This document shows positions 11,385 through 23,000 of a stretch of 64,000 nt of DNA, one piece after another. Within the stretch, counting starts at the first letter, position 1. Each line of letters begins with the position of its first letter. Below the pieces are notes generated by a model that saw nothing but the letters and a program-made list of their open reading frames with translations, made no database searches and was not told the DNA's origin. The position numbers and the translations under genes were made by a program. Source of the DNA: Amphiscolops sp. MND2022. Lineage: Eukaryota. The stretch is taken from assembly GCA_964187785.1 (NCBI GenBank), contig OZ076409.1, positions 86,802,001 through 86,866,000 on the forward strand. The letters run 5' to 3'.

Positions 11385-14300
11385 AATGGATTCTATGTTT
11401 TCTTGATAGAAACTTCTCTTGATAGACTTATTCGTCAAATTGATTTCATAAAACATGATCCAAATAGCTTAGCGACAATCAATAATAAACTTTCATATTT
11501 TCTGTAATTTTGCCGAGACAAGATGCATATATTTGTTTACAAAACTCCTATTGATCAATACAGTTTTAAGTAGTAAAAGATGCTGATGTTACAAGATTTG
11601 CCGATGGTGATAAAATGGCAATAGTTAACTTCGGACATGTTGCCTTTTTAGCGTGGCTAAGCTGACAACTAGTTCAGGGAAACACTTGGAAAAAGTTGAA
11701 AACCAGCCTATTATTAGTAAAATGCAAAAATTATTAACTTCTCACTAACAGACAAGTGAACTGATGAGTGGGTTTGTAGAATCGGTCGCTATCAGAATTC
11801 AAGAACTAGCAAACAATAAGACAGGAACAGAACCTTTTTTGTGAAAACCAAATTGAGCAGTTTTTTTGGATTTGCTGAACAAGAAAAAATTTTTTATGGT
11901 TTTGGCTATACTCTTACTTTGGAACATAACAATAACAAGAATGTTATCTTCCATGGTGCTAGGGTAGGTGCTGCATATAAAGTTATGAAAGATTTTGGTT
12001 GATATATTCCACACATTGCACCTAGCTTGGAAAACCAACAGTTTGTGATGGATCAAGTTTTGAGCGAAGATCCAACAGAATTGTTTTCTCTGAAAAACAA
12101 ATGTTCGTAAAAAAGTTGTAAACACTAATATTAATTGGACTTCTGACTTGGGTAACAGTGGTGACTCTACTCTTACTCTTGTAATAGTTGAATTTCAAGC
12201 TGGAGACAAAATTGATTCGCAAAAACACGACAATGCAGTAATTGATAGACTTCAATTTCTAATGCTGTCCCAAAACAAGGAACAGAAAAAAACCCTGTTG
12301 ATGGAATTGACTGCGACTTCGATAGAGACAACTACCGTGAAGCATATCAAAAAATGAAAAAACGTCTGTCGATTGCATACTGAATCTACATTACCATACA
12401 TGAGCAGCATTGAACTAGCGCGATCTGCTAGTTTGATAAATAGCCAATCACAACGCGTTTTTATTTCACATACTCATTACTTTTCGATATTCATTACACT
12501 ACTTGAATATTCGTTTCACTAAGTGAATAAAATTCGTGGTTTGACTCATTTACACAAGTCATTTTTTAGTCATTGACGCACTTTGACTAACTTCCACTTC
12601 GCACGTCTGTACGAAGTTTGATTAAGTTCCACTTTAGTCTGATACACATTTCATTTTGACCAGAATACACTATTTGATGGGTTTACACAGTGTAAGATAT
12701 TCAAAGTGTGTAATTCGGGGTAACTGTGACGACATCATTGTAAAACTCGTATAATTAATAATACATTAATTAAGTTAATTCGGTTAACGTGTGTAACAGT
12801 TAAAAATGATTGCTTTTCACATCCTATTGATTTAACACATATCAATTTCGCCAAGATTTGAATGGGTTAAATAATACGTATGTGTAAAACATTCATAAGG
12901 GTTTTGAATAATTCCGTTATGATTAGTCCGTTAAGGGTAAAGGATATCAGAAAAGATGTTGCTCAGTGTACTCCTTCGAAACTGCACGCATTCGGCATTC
13001 GCGACGGCACGGTGACGTAAGGAGTAAATGACGAAGGCGCCTTGTCCACTGCAAGTTGGGACATTATACTGGTGAACGAATGGGTCAAGGTTGCGGAAGG
13101 TACTGCTGTTGAAATGTCCTTAAAATTTGAAGAAGGTAGAAGCTGTACCCTCAACTTTAATAGGAATGTATTTGTTCAAGCTACTCTCATATCAAATGTA
13201 AACTTCAAGACCATGCAAAATTACAGAATGCATGTCAAAGAGTTTTGTTGATTAGTACATAATTTTTGTTTGATAATTTTACATTTCAATTTCTGCTACG
13301 ATTTTTTTCTTTCATGATCAGACATTGTAAATTTGTGAAACTTACAGTTAGATATGTCCAGGAACCGTCCTGTTGGACAGCGTGCTGTCGATTATCACTG
13401 CAACTGTGACGAAAGTGAAGAGATTGTTTTTCGAGCGCTCTACTTGCTTGTTTTCTTAGTTTGACTTCCTTTTTACGTGCCTGTGATGAGCTCGACACAA
13501 GATGGATACTATTAGCAGGCATACAGCGGATGTGAAGACTACAAAACGGTTTCTCCAGCTCACCACAGTCTTTAAAATGACAAATAATCTTACCTTTAGC
13601 TCATGACAGTCCGTAAACTGAAAAATAAATGAATTTCACAAATAAACGATAATTTAATGATAAAAGGCACGACAAAATGAAAAATACTCTTATCTCTAGC
13701 TCAACACAGTCCGCAAGATGGAAGATACCAATTTCATTAAAATCGAAGCGCTTTAAGTGTATTGAACGTAAACAGTGTAAGCCAATCAAACTTTAGTTAA
13801 AATCAATCACCTTAACAGCGCAAAACAGTGTAAAACAATCAAATTATAGTGTAAATCAATAAGTTTTTCAATTAGGCAGCGTGAAACAGTCAAAGTTGTT
13901 ATAAAGTGACTTCAAGTTTGAAGATACATAATCTCACGATATAATCTCGTCAGCACGAAATTTTTTAGTATTATTAAATTGGTGTAAAGTAGTCAAATTT
14001 AGACTACTATCCACTTTTTGAGGAGAGTAACATCTAAATTCGTTAAAAAGTGAATTCTAGTTAAAGTTTGATTGATTTACACTTGACACAACTTCTTAAC
14101 TGGAATACGCTCTTTACGAATTACACTTAAGGACTGAAATTCGTGAATTTGCATTACACTGCATGACTGAAGTACGCGATAAGATAGCTAATACACGTTA
14201 CACTCCTTAATTAAAAAACTCTTCGTGAACATTTTACACAGAAAACATACTACACCTGATGATAAGAGTTCATTTTTGCGGCTCATGTATCGTAATGTAA

Positions 14301-14525
14301 CATATTGCCTTCATTTATTGATTTGCACAAATTCAGGACAAAGTATAATTTTCATATATTTGACTTGTCCAAGCAAAAAGATCATATTGCGAGTAACCCT
14401 ATTAGATTAGAGTTTAATCTAGTGCTAATATAAATCTAGCAGACTATACAGCTTATACCCTGGTCCTAACACCCAAGCCGATAAGTATCAGCAGTGATGG
14501 ACAAAGGTATTTTGATTTTTTGTAA
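11385..14525 (+). pseudogene. Polinton major capsid protein (double jelly-roll), split by a 1.9-kb insertion
   Basis: N-part 'DFIKHDPNSLATIN', 'KLTTSSGKHLEKV', 'GFAEQEKIFYGFGYTLTL', 'DSQKHDNAVIDRL'. C-part (14300-14525) 'PSFIDLHKF..FDLSKQKDHIAS.PIRLEF..ISSDGQRYFDFL*', homologous to the uninterrupted copy at 37875-38190. Confidence 0.85.
12389..14297. mobile_element. Non-autonomous TIR DNA transposon with TA target-site duplication (Tc1/mariner-type ends)
   Basis: Left end cattaccatacatgagc and right end gctcatgtatcgtaatg (16/17 inverted match), flanked by TA at 12387-12388 and 14298-14299. Removing it restores the capsid reading HTESNILPSFIDLHKF. Confidence 0.88.
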
Positions 14526-14771
14526 TAACTTTTCTAAGCAAAGCCTAGAAAAACAGGATTTGTCTATTATATAATTTGATAAGAAATGAATTATTATTTT
14601 TAATTTTTTCCTGAATATATAAATGAAAAGAAATAAAGTCAATTATGATAAGGAATCTCTGATAAAGAAACTCACAGTAAAGAATCTCGGATAAGGAATC
14701 TCATGTTTTATTGTTTATAATTTTTAATTGCGAAGCTTTGAAAAAAAGATTTTTTCTACATTAAAAAATAT

Positions 14772-17700
14772 AAAAGATCTGCTCGATCGCTAATAAGTTT
14801 TAACATCTCTTCATGGTTCAGCTTCTCTTTGCAGTACCATCTTTTATCATTTATTTCTTAATCTGTCTTACCTACAGTTAGTTCTTTAGAATACAGCCCA
14901 ATAATTTTGTTACAAAGCCGAAATAGACAATTACCTTTTCGAATGTGTTTGTCCCAAGAAAATTGTTCTATTACAATCAAACTCATGCGTTTATCATCAG
15001 ATGGATTCAGGGCAAAATTACCTTGCTGTTCTCCGGGTATTTGATGCTGATTAGATCGTATAAAATAGTTTGTGGAATTTGTTGTTCTGTTGTTAAATAA
15101 TGAAGTTCTATAAACTGCTAGCTGGGGAGTTTTTTGTGATACTTTCTGTTTGGCAGTTTCTTTGCCAGAATAGGAGAAACAATATGATTTTGGCCTCAAT
15201 TCTATGAGTTTGTCTACTACAATAACGGGTGATATTTCTACTTTAGTTTTCCTTATAACTGTTTTGATTAGTCGGATCGTATTATTGAAGGCTTTCAGCC
15301 AATTCACAGAAATCAAAATCATCTGTGAAACATTCCGAGTTTTTCGTAAGGTCTGTAGTTTTAAAACTTAAAACAAAAGATTCTGTATCCACATATTGTA
15401 GTTTCGAATTATTCTGATGATAGTGTTGTAATTTGTGATAAGAAAACTCATACATTGACAATTTACTGAGTTCTCGTACAGAAATGCTAAAATATTCATT
15501 TAATTGTGCTATTCCTTTGAAAGATAGCTTGGATTGTCTTTTTATTATTCGGTCATATCCAGTGTTGGGATAACCTCTAAGTTTACTCTATCACTTACAT
15601 TTTCCATAGTCTTATCAAAGAAAGCATTGTCCATTGATTTACAACGATCCTTTTCAATGTTTGTTTTTGCTTCAGAGCGTTTCCGAGTGTTATGATTTAT
15701 GAATATACTTTTTCAATCATCATAACCATGGTGATTGATTGAACTTGTAGATGGTGTTAGTTTTGTTACATACATACCCATGGTGATGTAAAACTTGAAC
15801 ATCCTATAATGCATCCGGTGAAAAATGTGTCTCTTACATTACACATCAACTTAGGCGTGGGTTTGTGGTATGGGGGTTTTACACAATTCATAAACTCTGA
15901 AGAAATGCCGGGATCTGCTTTTGTCTGATAAGAACATAATGGAAAGTTTTGGGTTTTTTCTTCGATTTCAGCTGGATATTCAAAATCACATTCGATAAAG
16001 AATGGATGTTCATTATCATCAGGCATCATCAGGAAACTTCGATTAATTGCTCTTGATTGTAATTTTTGGTGTAATAACTTGTGTCAAGAGAAACTTTTTC
16101 AAAACCGGCAGTACGACAATATTGACTCGTAGCCCATCCATATAGATTATTTGCATCAATGTAGAAAACTTTAGTATTTTCAACTGATTCAGTGTAACGA
16201 GGTCCCATAACACTTGAAGTGCCTCAACGGATTTTTTTCCAATAGAAGTAGTAAGTGTTTATCTATTATAAAGTCTAACTTTATATTAATCAACTTCAAG
16301 CCAGCTTTCCATGTATAACCAGGTGCTGAGTAATTATACAGCGGATTGATACCGTATTCAAGTATAGATTTTACCACAAACTTTTCAATAAATCAGCAAA
16401 TTGTAGAACATCGATCTTCAGGCATAGCATAGTAAGTTGGTATCCACTCTTAATACCATATTGTTCCAAAGTTTCTTGTGTACGATTAATTTGTTCTTGC
16501 GGAGGCGTTTCTTGTTTTAGTGTTGATCTATAATCTTCCTTGGTTAGATTAAGTGGGTTATCAAAACTATCAAGAATATTGTATTCATTTGGATAAGTCA
16601 ATTTTTTTTTCGAAAATTCATCATCAAGTCAACTTTCATCCAATATTCGGAAACTGTTTATACTCCTAAATAAATTATGCAAACTAAAAGAAAGAAATTG
16701 GTTTGAATCTAGAAATCTTAAACAGCCTACTTGGAAGGCTACATAGTTTTCGAAGGATTTTGAGGTTAAATTTATTTCATATTCGAATATAGGTTTGTGT
16801 TAGAGTTCTTCAAATACAAGATGACAATCTTAACCACTGAAATTACAAAATCATGTTAGGACAAAACTTGATTGCTTTTGTCTGTTATTTATGTTACACC
16901 CACTATGAGCTGCTCCTCTATATTTACCAGTGAGATGATCGAGGTCTCTAACTTTCTCAGTATCAAAATCAAAAGTTACTTCACACAGCCAGCACGTTGT
17001 ACAGTGTTGGAATCGTGCTTTTTCTTCGGAACTCATTCAAAATGGTATGTTGACCTGAAACATTTGTTTGCTTTGCTTTTTTTTCCGAAGTGTATGTTTG
17101 GTTTACAAACCAACTCACACAGTCTCATCCAGAATTCGAGAAATAATGATTCCCGAATGGTGAAACTAGAATGAAATCTACTGCCCATTGCAATTTGTTC
17201 GAAAAATAGTTTGGGTTGATTTCGATCTTTTTGAGGTTGATAGAAACATTCGAAAGCTGCAAACACCCTAAAGGGTAAACGTATTTTCATGTGATGGTAA
17301 AAACGATCTTCAAATTTTAGATATTCCTTGTGGATGAAGGTGATTTTAGTTGGTTGTTGTTTTTGGCAACGGTCAAAGTGTTGATTAAGTTTGTGTTCTG
17401 AACTAAATGATTTTAGACATTTTCCACATATATGCTTCATTGAAGGGTGAGCATGTATCAGATTGTGTAATTTTGTTATTAGACCATAGTGATTTTCGTC
17501 TAAGAATTAATCAATTTGCGGTTGAGTGTACTTTGTGTTGTTGTAAATTGGTGTTGAAAGGTTATTAGTTAATTCAAATACCCTTATATTCAAGTTATTA
17601 GGTTTTTCGAACTTTGGTATATCTTTTATTTCCATGGGGAACTTCAAACCTTTCAAATTGAGTTTGTTCATATGCATTGAATAATATGATATTTTATTTT

Positions 17701-18530
17701 TGTTGTCATCTACAGGAAATAAAAGAGCCAGTATGCACTAAAAAAACATTCTTAGCATCTTTTTTATAATTGATTGACTGTTTTTGTTCTTTGGGGGAAG
17801 AGGCTTTAATGTCATTATCTTTGAATATTTCTATGATAGCTTCTTCCATTTCTTGAAATTCGACAACTGATCCTTTTGGCTGTTCATCATTTCTTTCTAA
17901 TAATACTAATCTCTTTCTGATATTTTCTAATATTGTATAATGGATATCATGAATTCCACGTCATAAGTATTTAACGCATCAGAATTTATCAATCTGTGAA
18001 ATACTTCACCATTATTGCGTTCAACAAATCTTGCTTGATAACTTACTTGACATTGGAATTTGGGAAACAATTTCTGAGGTAATCTATCTTTTATTTGTTG
18101 CTCGAGGTCTTGGTGTTCGTTCGGATGTATTTTATACTAGATGTATGTTTTTTCATTTACAACTAAATTAGTTGTTATGGTTATTCGATTTGTTCGATTA
18201 TGACTTTTTATTGTATGAATTTCTTTTCAGAAGTGACTTGTTTTATCAGTTATTCATTTATGACAACCTTCACAATATAAGAGTAGTTGTTTGGTTGTAT
18301 TCTTGTGGGGGTCAGAAGCTAGATGGGAAAATTTAACGGACATAGGCTTTCTTTACTTGCATTTTTTACAATAAAATTGATTTATTTTTTCAAGATGTTT
18401 TTTTATTTTGAATGATCAGATTTCAAGGATTTCTTATATTGAGAATTGCAAAAACCACAATTTTGCAATTCTTCATTTAATGAGAAAAAGTTTAATAAAA
18501 AACATATTTTTTAACTTTCAAAACTTCAGG
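14772..18530 (-). pseudogene. Protein-primed family B DNA polymerase (pPolB) with N-terminal Zn-finger-like segments and endonuclease VII-like insert
   Basis: Motifs 'YIDANNLYGWA', 'KSMDNAFF.KTMEN', 'YVDTESF', 'LRPKSY', 'ALNPSDDKR'; EndoVII-like 'CWLC...VRDLDHLTGKYRGAAHSGCN'; 'HICGKCL..F..EHKL.QH'. Many stops and frameshifts. Confidence 0.9.
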
Positions 18531-18567
18531 AGAAAACATTCTTCTAAATTATATTTTGGTATGGAAA

Positions 18568-19060
18568 TCAATGTTTATATTGATGGTAAAAATTTTTTTC
18601 TTGTGGTTGTGTTTCTTGGTTGTTATAGTTGTTATATGAATTCACAAAGAATTGGGATTCTTCCTCATCTATCTGGATGTCTCCTAATGATTTTGTGTGT
18701 ATTTCTTGGAATCTTTTTAATGTATCCCCGATCATTAGATAACTTTTCATATATTCTTGCTCTTTATGTTTTAGAAATTGAGTTGCTATTTCAGTTGTGA
18801 AAACTGTTGCAAAGCAAACACTTGCAATAAAAGGTACAACAATGAACCCAAAACCTATAATTGATACTGAGAAAGATGCTGAAGTTATTCCTAGTTTTAT
18901 CAACACGTACGTTTAATTAATTTGGTTATTTATAAAGTTGTATTTTTCATCTTTTTCCTCAAGTTTTTTTCTTCCTTCTCATTAAATTTTGACTTCTGCT
19001 TATTTATCATTGCTTTTAAACCTAATGGAGATGAAGGGGCAGAAGGGACAGAAAGATAAC
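18568..19060 (-). pseudogene. Small Polinton membrane protein of unknown function
   Basis: Hydrophobic 'GITSASFSVSIIGFGFIVVPFIASVCFA' followed by 'HTKSLGDIQIDEEE'. Confidence 0.45.
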
Positions 19061-19089
19061 TTTTTCTTCCAATTAGTGTAGAAAAACAC

Positions 19090-19429
19090 TTGAACACGTA
19101 GAGAATATGAACGTTTTTGAAATTTCTGTGTATGACACTTCATTTTAAAGGTCTGTAGTTGGAGATCACACATTCTGGATAGTTTCATGGATTGAAGACC
19201 CTCAGCGAAAACATATATTCTCAAATCTCAAACCCTTAAACATGTAAAGACTACAAAATTTCAAAGATTACTGTGTAATATACATCATTAGAAATGTTTT
19301 GAAGTGGAAATCATTGATTTTGAAGAACTGCATAGTCAGAAACCCTCAGCTGAAATAGTTTCATCTCAAACTTCGAACCTTCAAACATGGGGAGAATATG
19401 AAAAATCAAGATATTTCTATTCATGACAC
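19090..19429. repeat. Same ~140-bp satellite (right array), same orientation as 5930-6463
   Basis: 'gttggagatcaca', 'ctcaaacccttaaacatgta' and 'cagaaaccctcagc..tctcaaacttcgaacc' match the left array. Confidence 0.75.
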
Positions 19430-20070
19430 TGTAGTAGACTAACGAAGAGGTTTGTAAGAAAGGCTCAATTAAAACGAAGTTCAACTAGAAAGTACAGGTT
19501 ACATGTAACGTAGTGTAACACATTTGAGCTCAAAAAGAACGTAATAAGGTATGGCATCAATAAAGGTCATTGTCTATGTGGCAGGTATCATGTAAAGTGT
19601 GTCTATACGTTGCTGACTTTCTCCTCTACATTCCCTCCTTCACGTATTAGAGGAACCAATTCTAGGTTTTTTCTGGCATCTGGGATGATGGGGCTTCACC
19701 GTTGGAATCCAGTTTGGGTTTTTGGAACAGGCGCTTATCTTCGTTTTGGCGAGGTTGTCTCTATTTCAAAACCAAAGGAACTGGACTAAAAGTACTTCTG
19801 TTCGCCCTAGTTTTTTACCCGTTTTGCAGTTCTTATTCTACTGGACCTTCGTAGAATATATTTTTATTCGAATCTAAAATTACTTTTGTTTTCTCTTCTC
19901 CCGACTCTGAAACCTACTTTACTGCTTTAGTTACCGTGCGTTTTCCCTTCTTTCACCCTCTCGATTATGTCGTCCGACGGTCTCTTCGGTGTGGCCGTGG
20001 GGTCTCGACCATTTGTGCGGTGATCTTTCAATTGTCGTGGATTGATTCTGTCCGGATTGGTCGGACGTGT
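19430..20070 (-). mobile_element. 3' remnant of an LTR retrotransposon: pol tail, PPT and ~200-bp 3' LTR
   Basis: 19430-19630 is bounded by TGTAG...CTACA; the adjacent 19631-19640 reads AAGGAGGGAA on the minus strand (polypurine tract); an upstream minus frame gives the integrase-tail-like 'YILRRSSRIR'. Confidence 0.6.
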
Positions 20071-20072
20071 TG

Positions 20073-23000
20073 GGCAACTAGAAGCCAGAAAAGGAAAGCT
20101 GTAGCTGAGCTAGCCTAAGGAGAACTTGAAGTTTCATCAGTTAAGACTAACCAGGCCGAGAACTGCGTAGGCGGTCCAAGTTAATAGTCTAAAATCCAAT
20201 CTGAGAAATTAGACGCCATTAAAACGTCCCTGATGAAAGAGATCATGTCTAGTCTAACTGAGATCTTAGCTGAGAACCAAAGGGAGAGGTTAAAGCTAAT
20301 AGCCCCGGCAGTTTAAAACCTGTAACTCTCCAAAACCTTAAAAAACTCAGATTCCGCACCTGAAAATGATTTCCCCAAAAAAACTTCTACTCCAATAAAT
20401 GCAAAAGCGGCCACCTACAAAACTACACCGGTAAATTGTCGTAACATGGTGACAGGAGTAATCGATTATTCCACAAATCAATCCACCAAAAAAGCTAAAC
20501 AACGCCCACAGAACGAACAATCCAAAGAACGTCCCACATCATCAAGACTATTGTTTGCACCCCATCCGCAAACATTTCAGCCGTCCAACAAACTCCCAAT
20601 GCCGAAAACGCTCAAAGCATCACTACCCGTGTTTGATGGTAAGTCTGAATAATTCGAACTTTTCGATGACATATCCAGAAACAACATAAAAATATATCCT
20701 CACCTCGCAGAGATACAAAAAACAAATTACTTCCACTCAATCTTAAGAGGAAACGCACTTCAAGCGTACTGTGAGATCGAAGACTCCAAAAAAGATAAGT
20801 TAGAGGAAGTAATCACGTTGTTCATGCGTCGATTCGGAGGTTTTGAATCCTCAATCAAAGCAAGATTCGAGTGGGACGCTTTGCATTTTGACTCCACAAA
20901 CCAGAAACTACATGAATTTCTGGACGTCCTCCAAAAAACTGCTGAAGAAGCCTTTGGCTCAGAAGCTCAAAATTTCATGAGAAAGGCATTTTACCCAAAA
21001 ATGCCGGATTACTTCAAAAAGATCATACTCCTCGATAACAAGCGGTACAATGACATTGTCTTTCTTTCGGAAAAAGAAATGCGTCTTGACGGACTAGGAG
21101 CGCCGGACGAAACTACCCTTGTACCACTAAACGCTGTCGACGTATATCCCACGGACTAATGGAAGGAACCAACCAACGAGGTTACTGTTTCATCGTGGCA
21201 AATATGGCCACAACCAAACCCAATGCCGCAAACTGAAAGAAGACCGGTACTATGAAACAAAAGCGAAAAACGGTGAATTACACTCCGCAGACTCAAAGAA
21301 ATCAAAATGCGAAACATGCGGAAAAATGCACAAAACTGAAAATTGCAAGGACGGCGCAAAGGCGGCACATGAAGCAGGAAAGAAAAAGAGAGAGTTTGCA
21401 ATCCCGACCAACAAAAACCAGAGAACACCTACTACCAAACGCGGCTACTCAGCCAAAAAAAACCAAAATCGCCGCGTCTTCGTTTCTGGGAAAAAAAGTA
21501 GTCGTGAGGGCGTACACAATTGAAGACCCCCACATCGCTTCGAAGAAGACTTATTGACGGAATGCAACGAGGAGCCCACTCAAGAGTGGCGAAGAAGTTG
21601 GAATGTCGAAACGATTTTTCGTAAAAACGCAAGACATCCTGATGATCAAAGGATCAAAAACCACTTCCCGAACGGATACCAGAGTCACGAGATAAATACG
21701 CCACTCTAAAACAACCTCTATCAGAAACTCAAACAGAAAACATCTACGTCTACGACATGGATTACTGCTGCGATCCCCGGGACGAGGCAGAAATCTACTA
21801 CACAAGTTCACTCTTGTTCAAGATCCATGTACAAAACCCGTAGGAACCAGAAGATGAAATAACACAGCTAACCGTACCATTGACGCCAATTTTGAAGAAG
21901 TCAAATCCCACTCCGGTAGCTCCAGTAACAGTTAGATCCATACCAATAGACGCAGACGACATCATTTGCATCGAAGACAAAACGCTTTGGTCACTATTAT
22001 CAGAGAAACGAATCGTGGATAAACCTTCTCCATCACCATCATCACAACCCGCACCTGTCACATAAATCCCCGAAAGCAACGACGACACAACGGTTTATCC
22101 TGCATCTAAACGCCAAGACCTAGATGTCATTAGAAATTCATCCAACATAATGAGGACTATGACTACTTTCCGTAGATGTCTGCATTCACCCTTCAAAAAG
22201 AGGAAAAGAATGCTCTTTCTACCCATAAAATTCAGCAAAGTTAAAATAGAAGCGCTAGTAGACTCAGGTGCAAACGTCAATACTATTAGTGAAAAAATGC
22301 AGAAACATCAGGCATGAAGCAAATCAATGCATCGTCAATAAAGCTCCACCTCCCCCTTTCAAAGTTCAATACGCTAACACAGAATTAGGACAACCTCTTG
22401 CAACGTATACAATGAGATTCAAAATCGGAGATTACACCTTTGAGGAAACATTCATCATAATGACTCAAATGTCGTTTCCGTAATCGAATTGGAGTTCCTA
22501 CGAACGCACTCCGCAATTTTAGACGCCGCCCAGGAACAATCGACTTCCCGAGGATACAAATCACAACGGCACTCACAGACGAGATGCAAAAATGTAACGC
22601 GAAGCCTATCACCATCAAAACGGAGAGTACACATACCATACCTGCACAATCTACCCACGCGTCATACACGCGTCAATATCTGTGAGCAATGACCACTCAA
22701 AAACTGGGACAGTAGAACCTCTGCCCCAGTTTGACGAATGTGCAAAACTCATTCCTTTTGCATAACGACAGCAAGAGACCAGCGGGTAACCATCAAAGTC
22801 GCAAATAACACGGATTTCCCTTATTCAACAACCCCAAACACAAAACTAGCCGACTTTCAATTCCTGAATACCGAAGAAACGAAGTTGATTCGATCAGTCG
22901 ACATACGGTGCACTGAACTTACTAACAGATTACGACGATGTGGTCACGTACATCAACGCACTAATGTAAGTCGAACGGCCTAATGACAAAGAGTAAAAGT

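Larger units (their letters stand above)
6464..19080. mobile_element. Polinton/Maverick (adintovirus-like endogenous dsDNA virus), decayed, right end missing
   Basis: Cluster of cysteine protease, minor capsid, packaging ATPase, rve integrase, major capsid and protein-primed PolB remnants. Candidate left terminus AGTAGT at 6464, exactly where the satellite stops. Confidence 0.92.

Noticed and set aside
5930..19429. Flanking repeats as Polinton terminal inverted repeats
   Set aside because: They are in direct, not inverted, orientation and are internally tandem.
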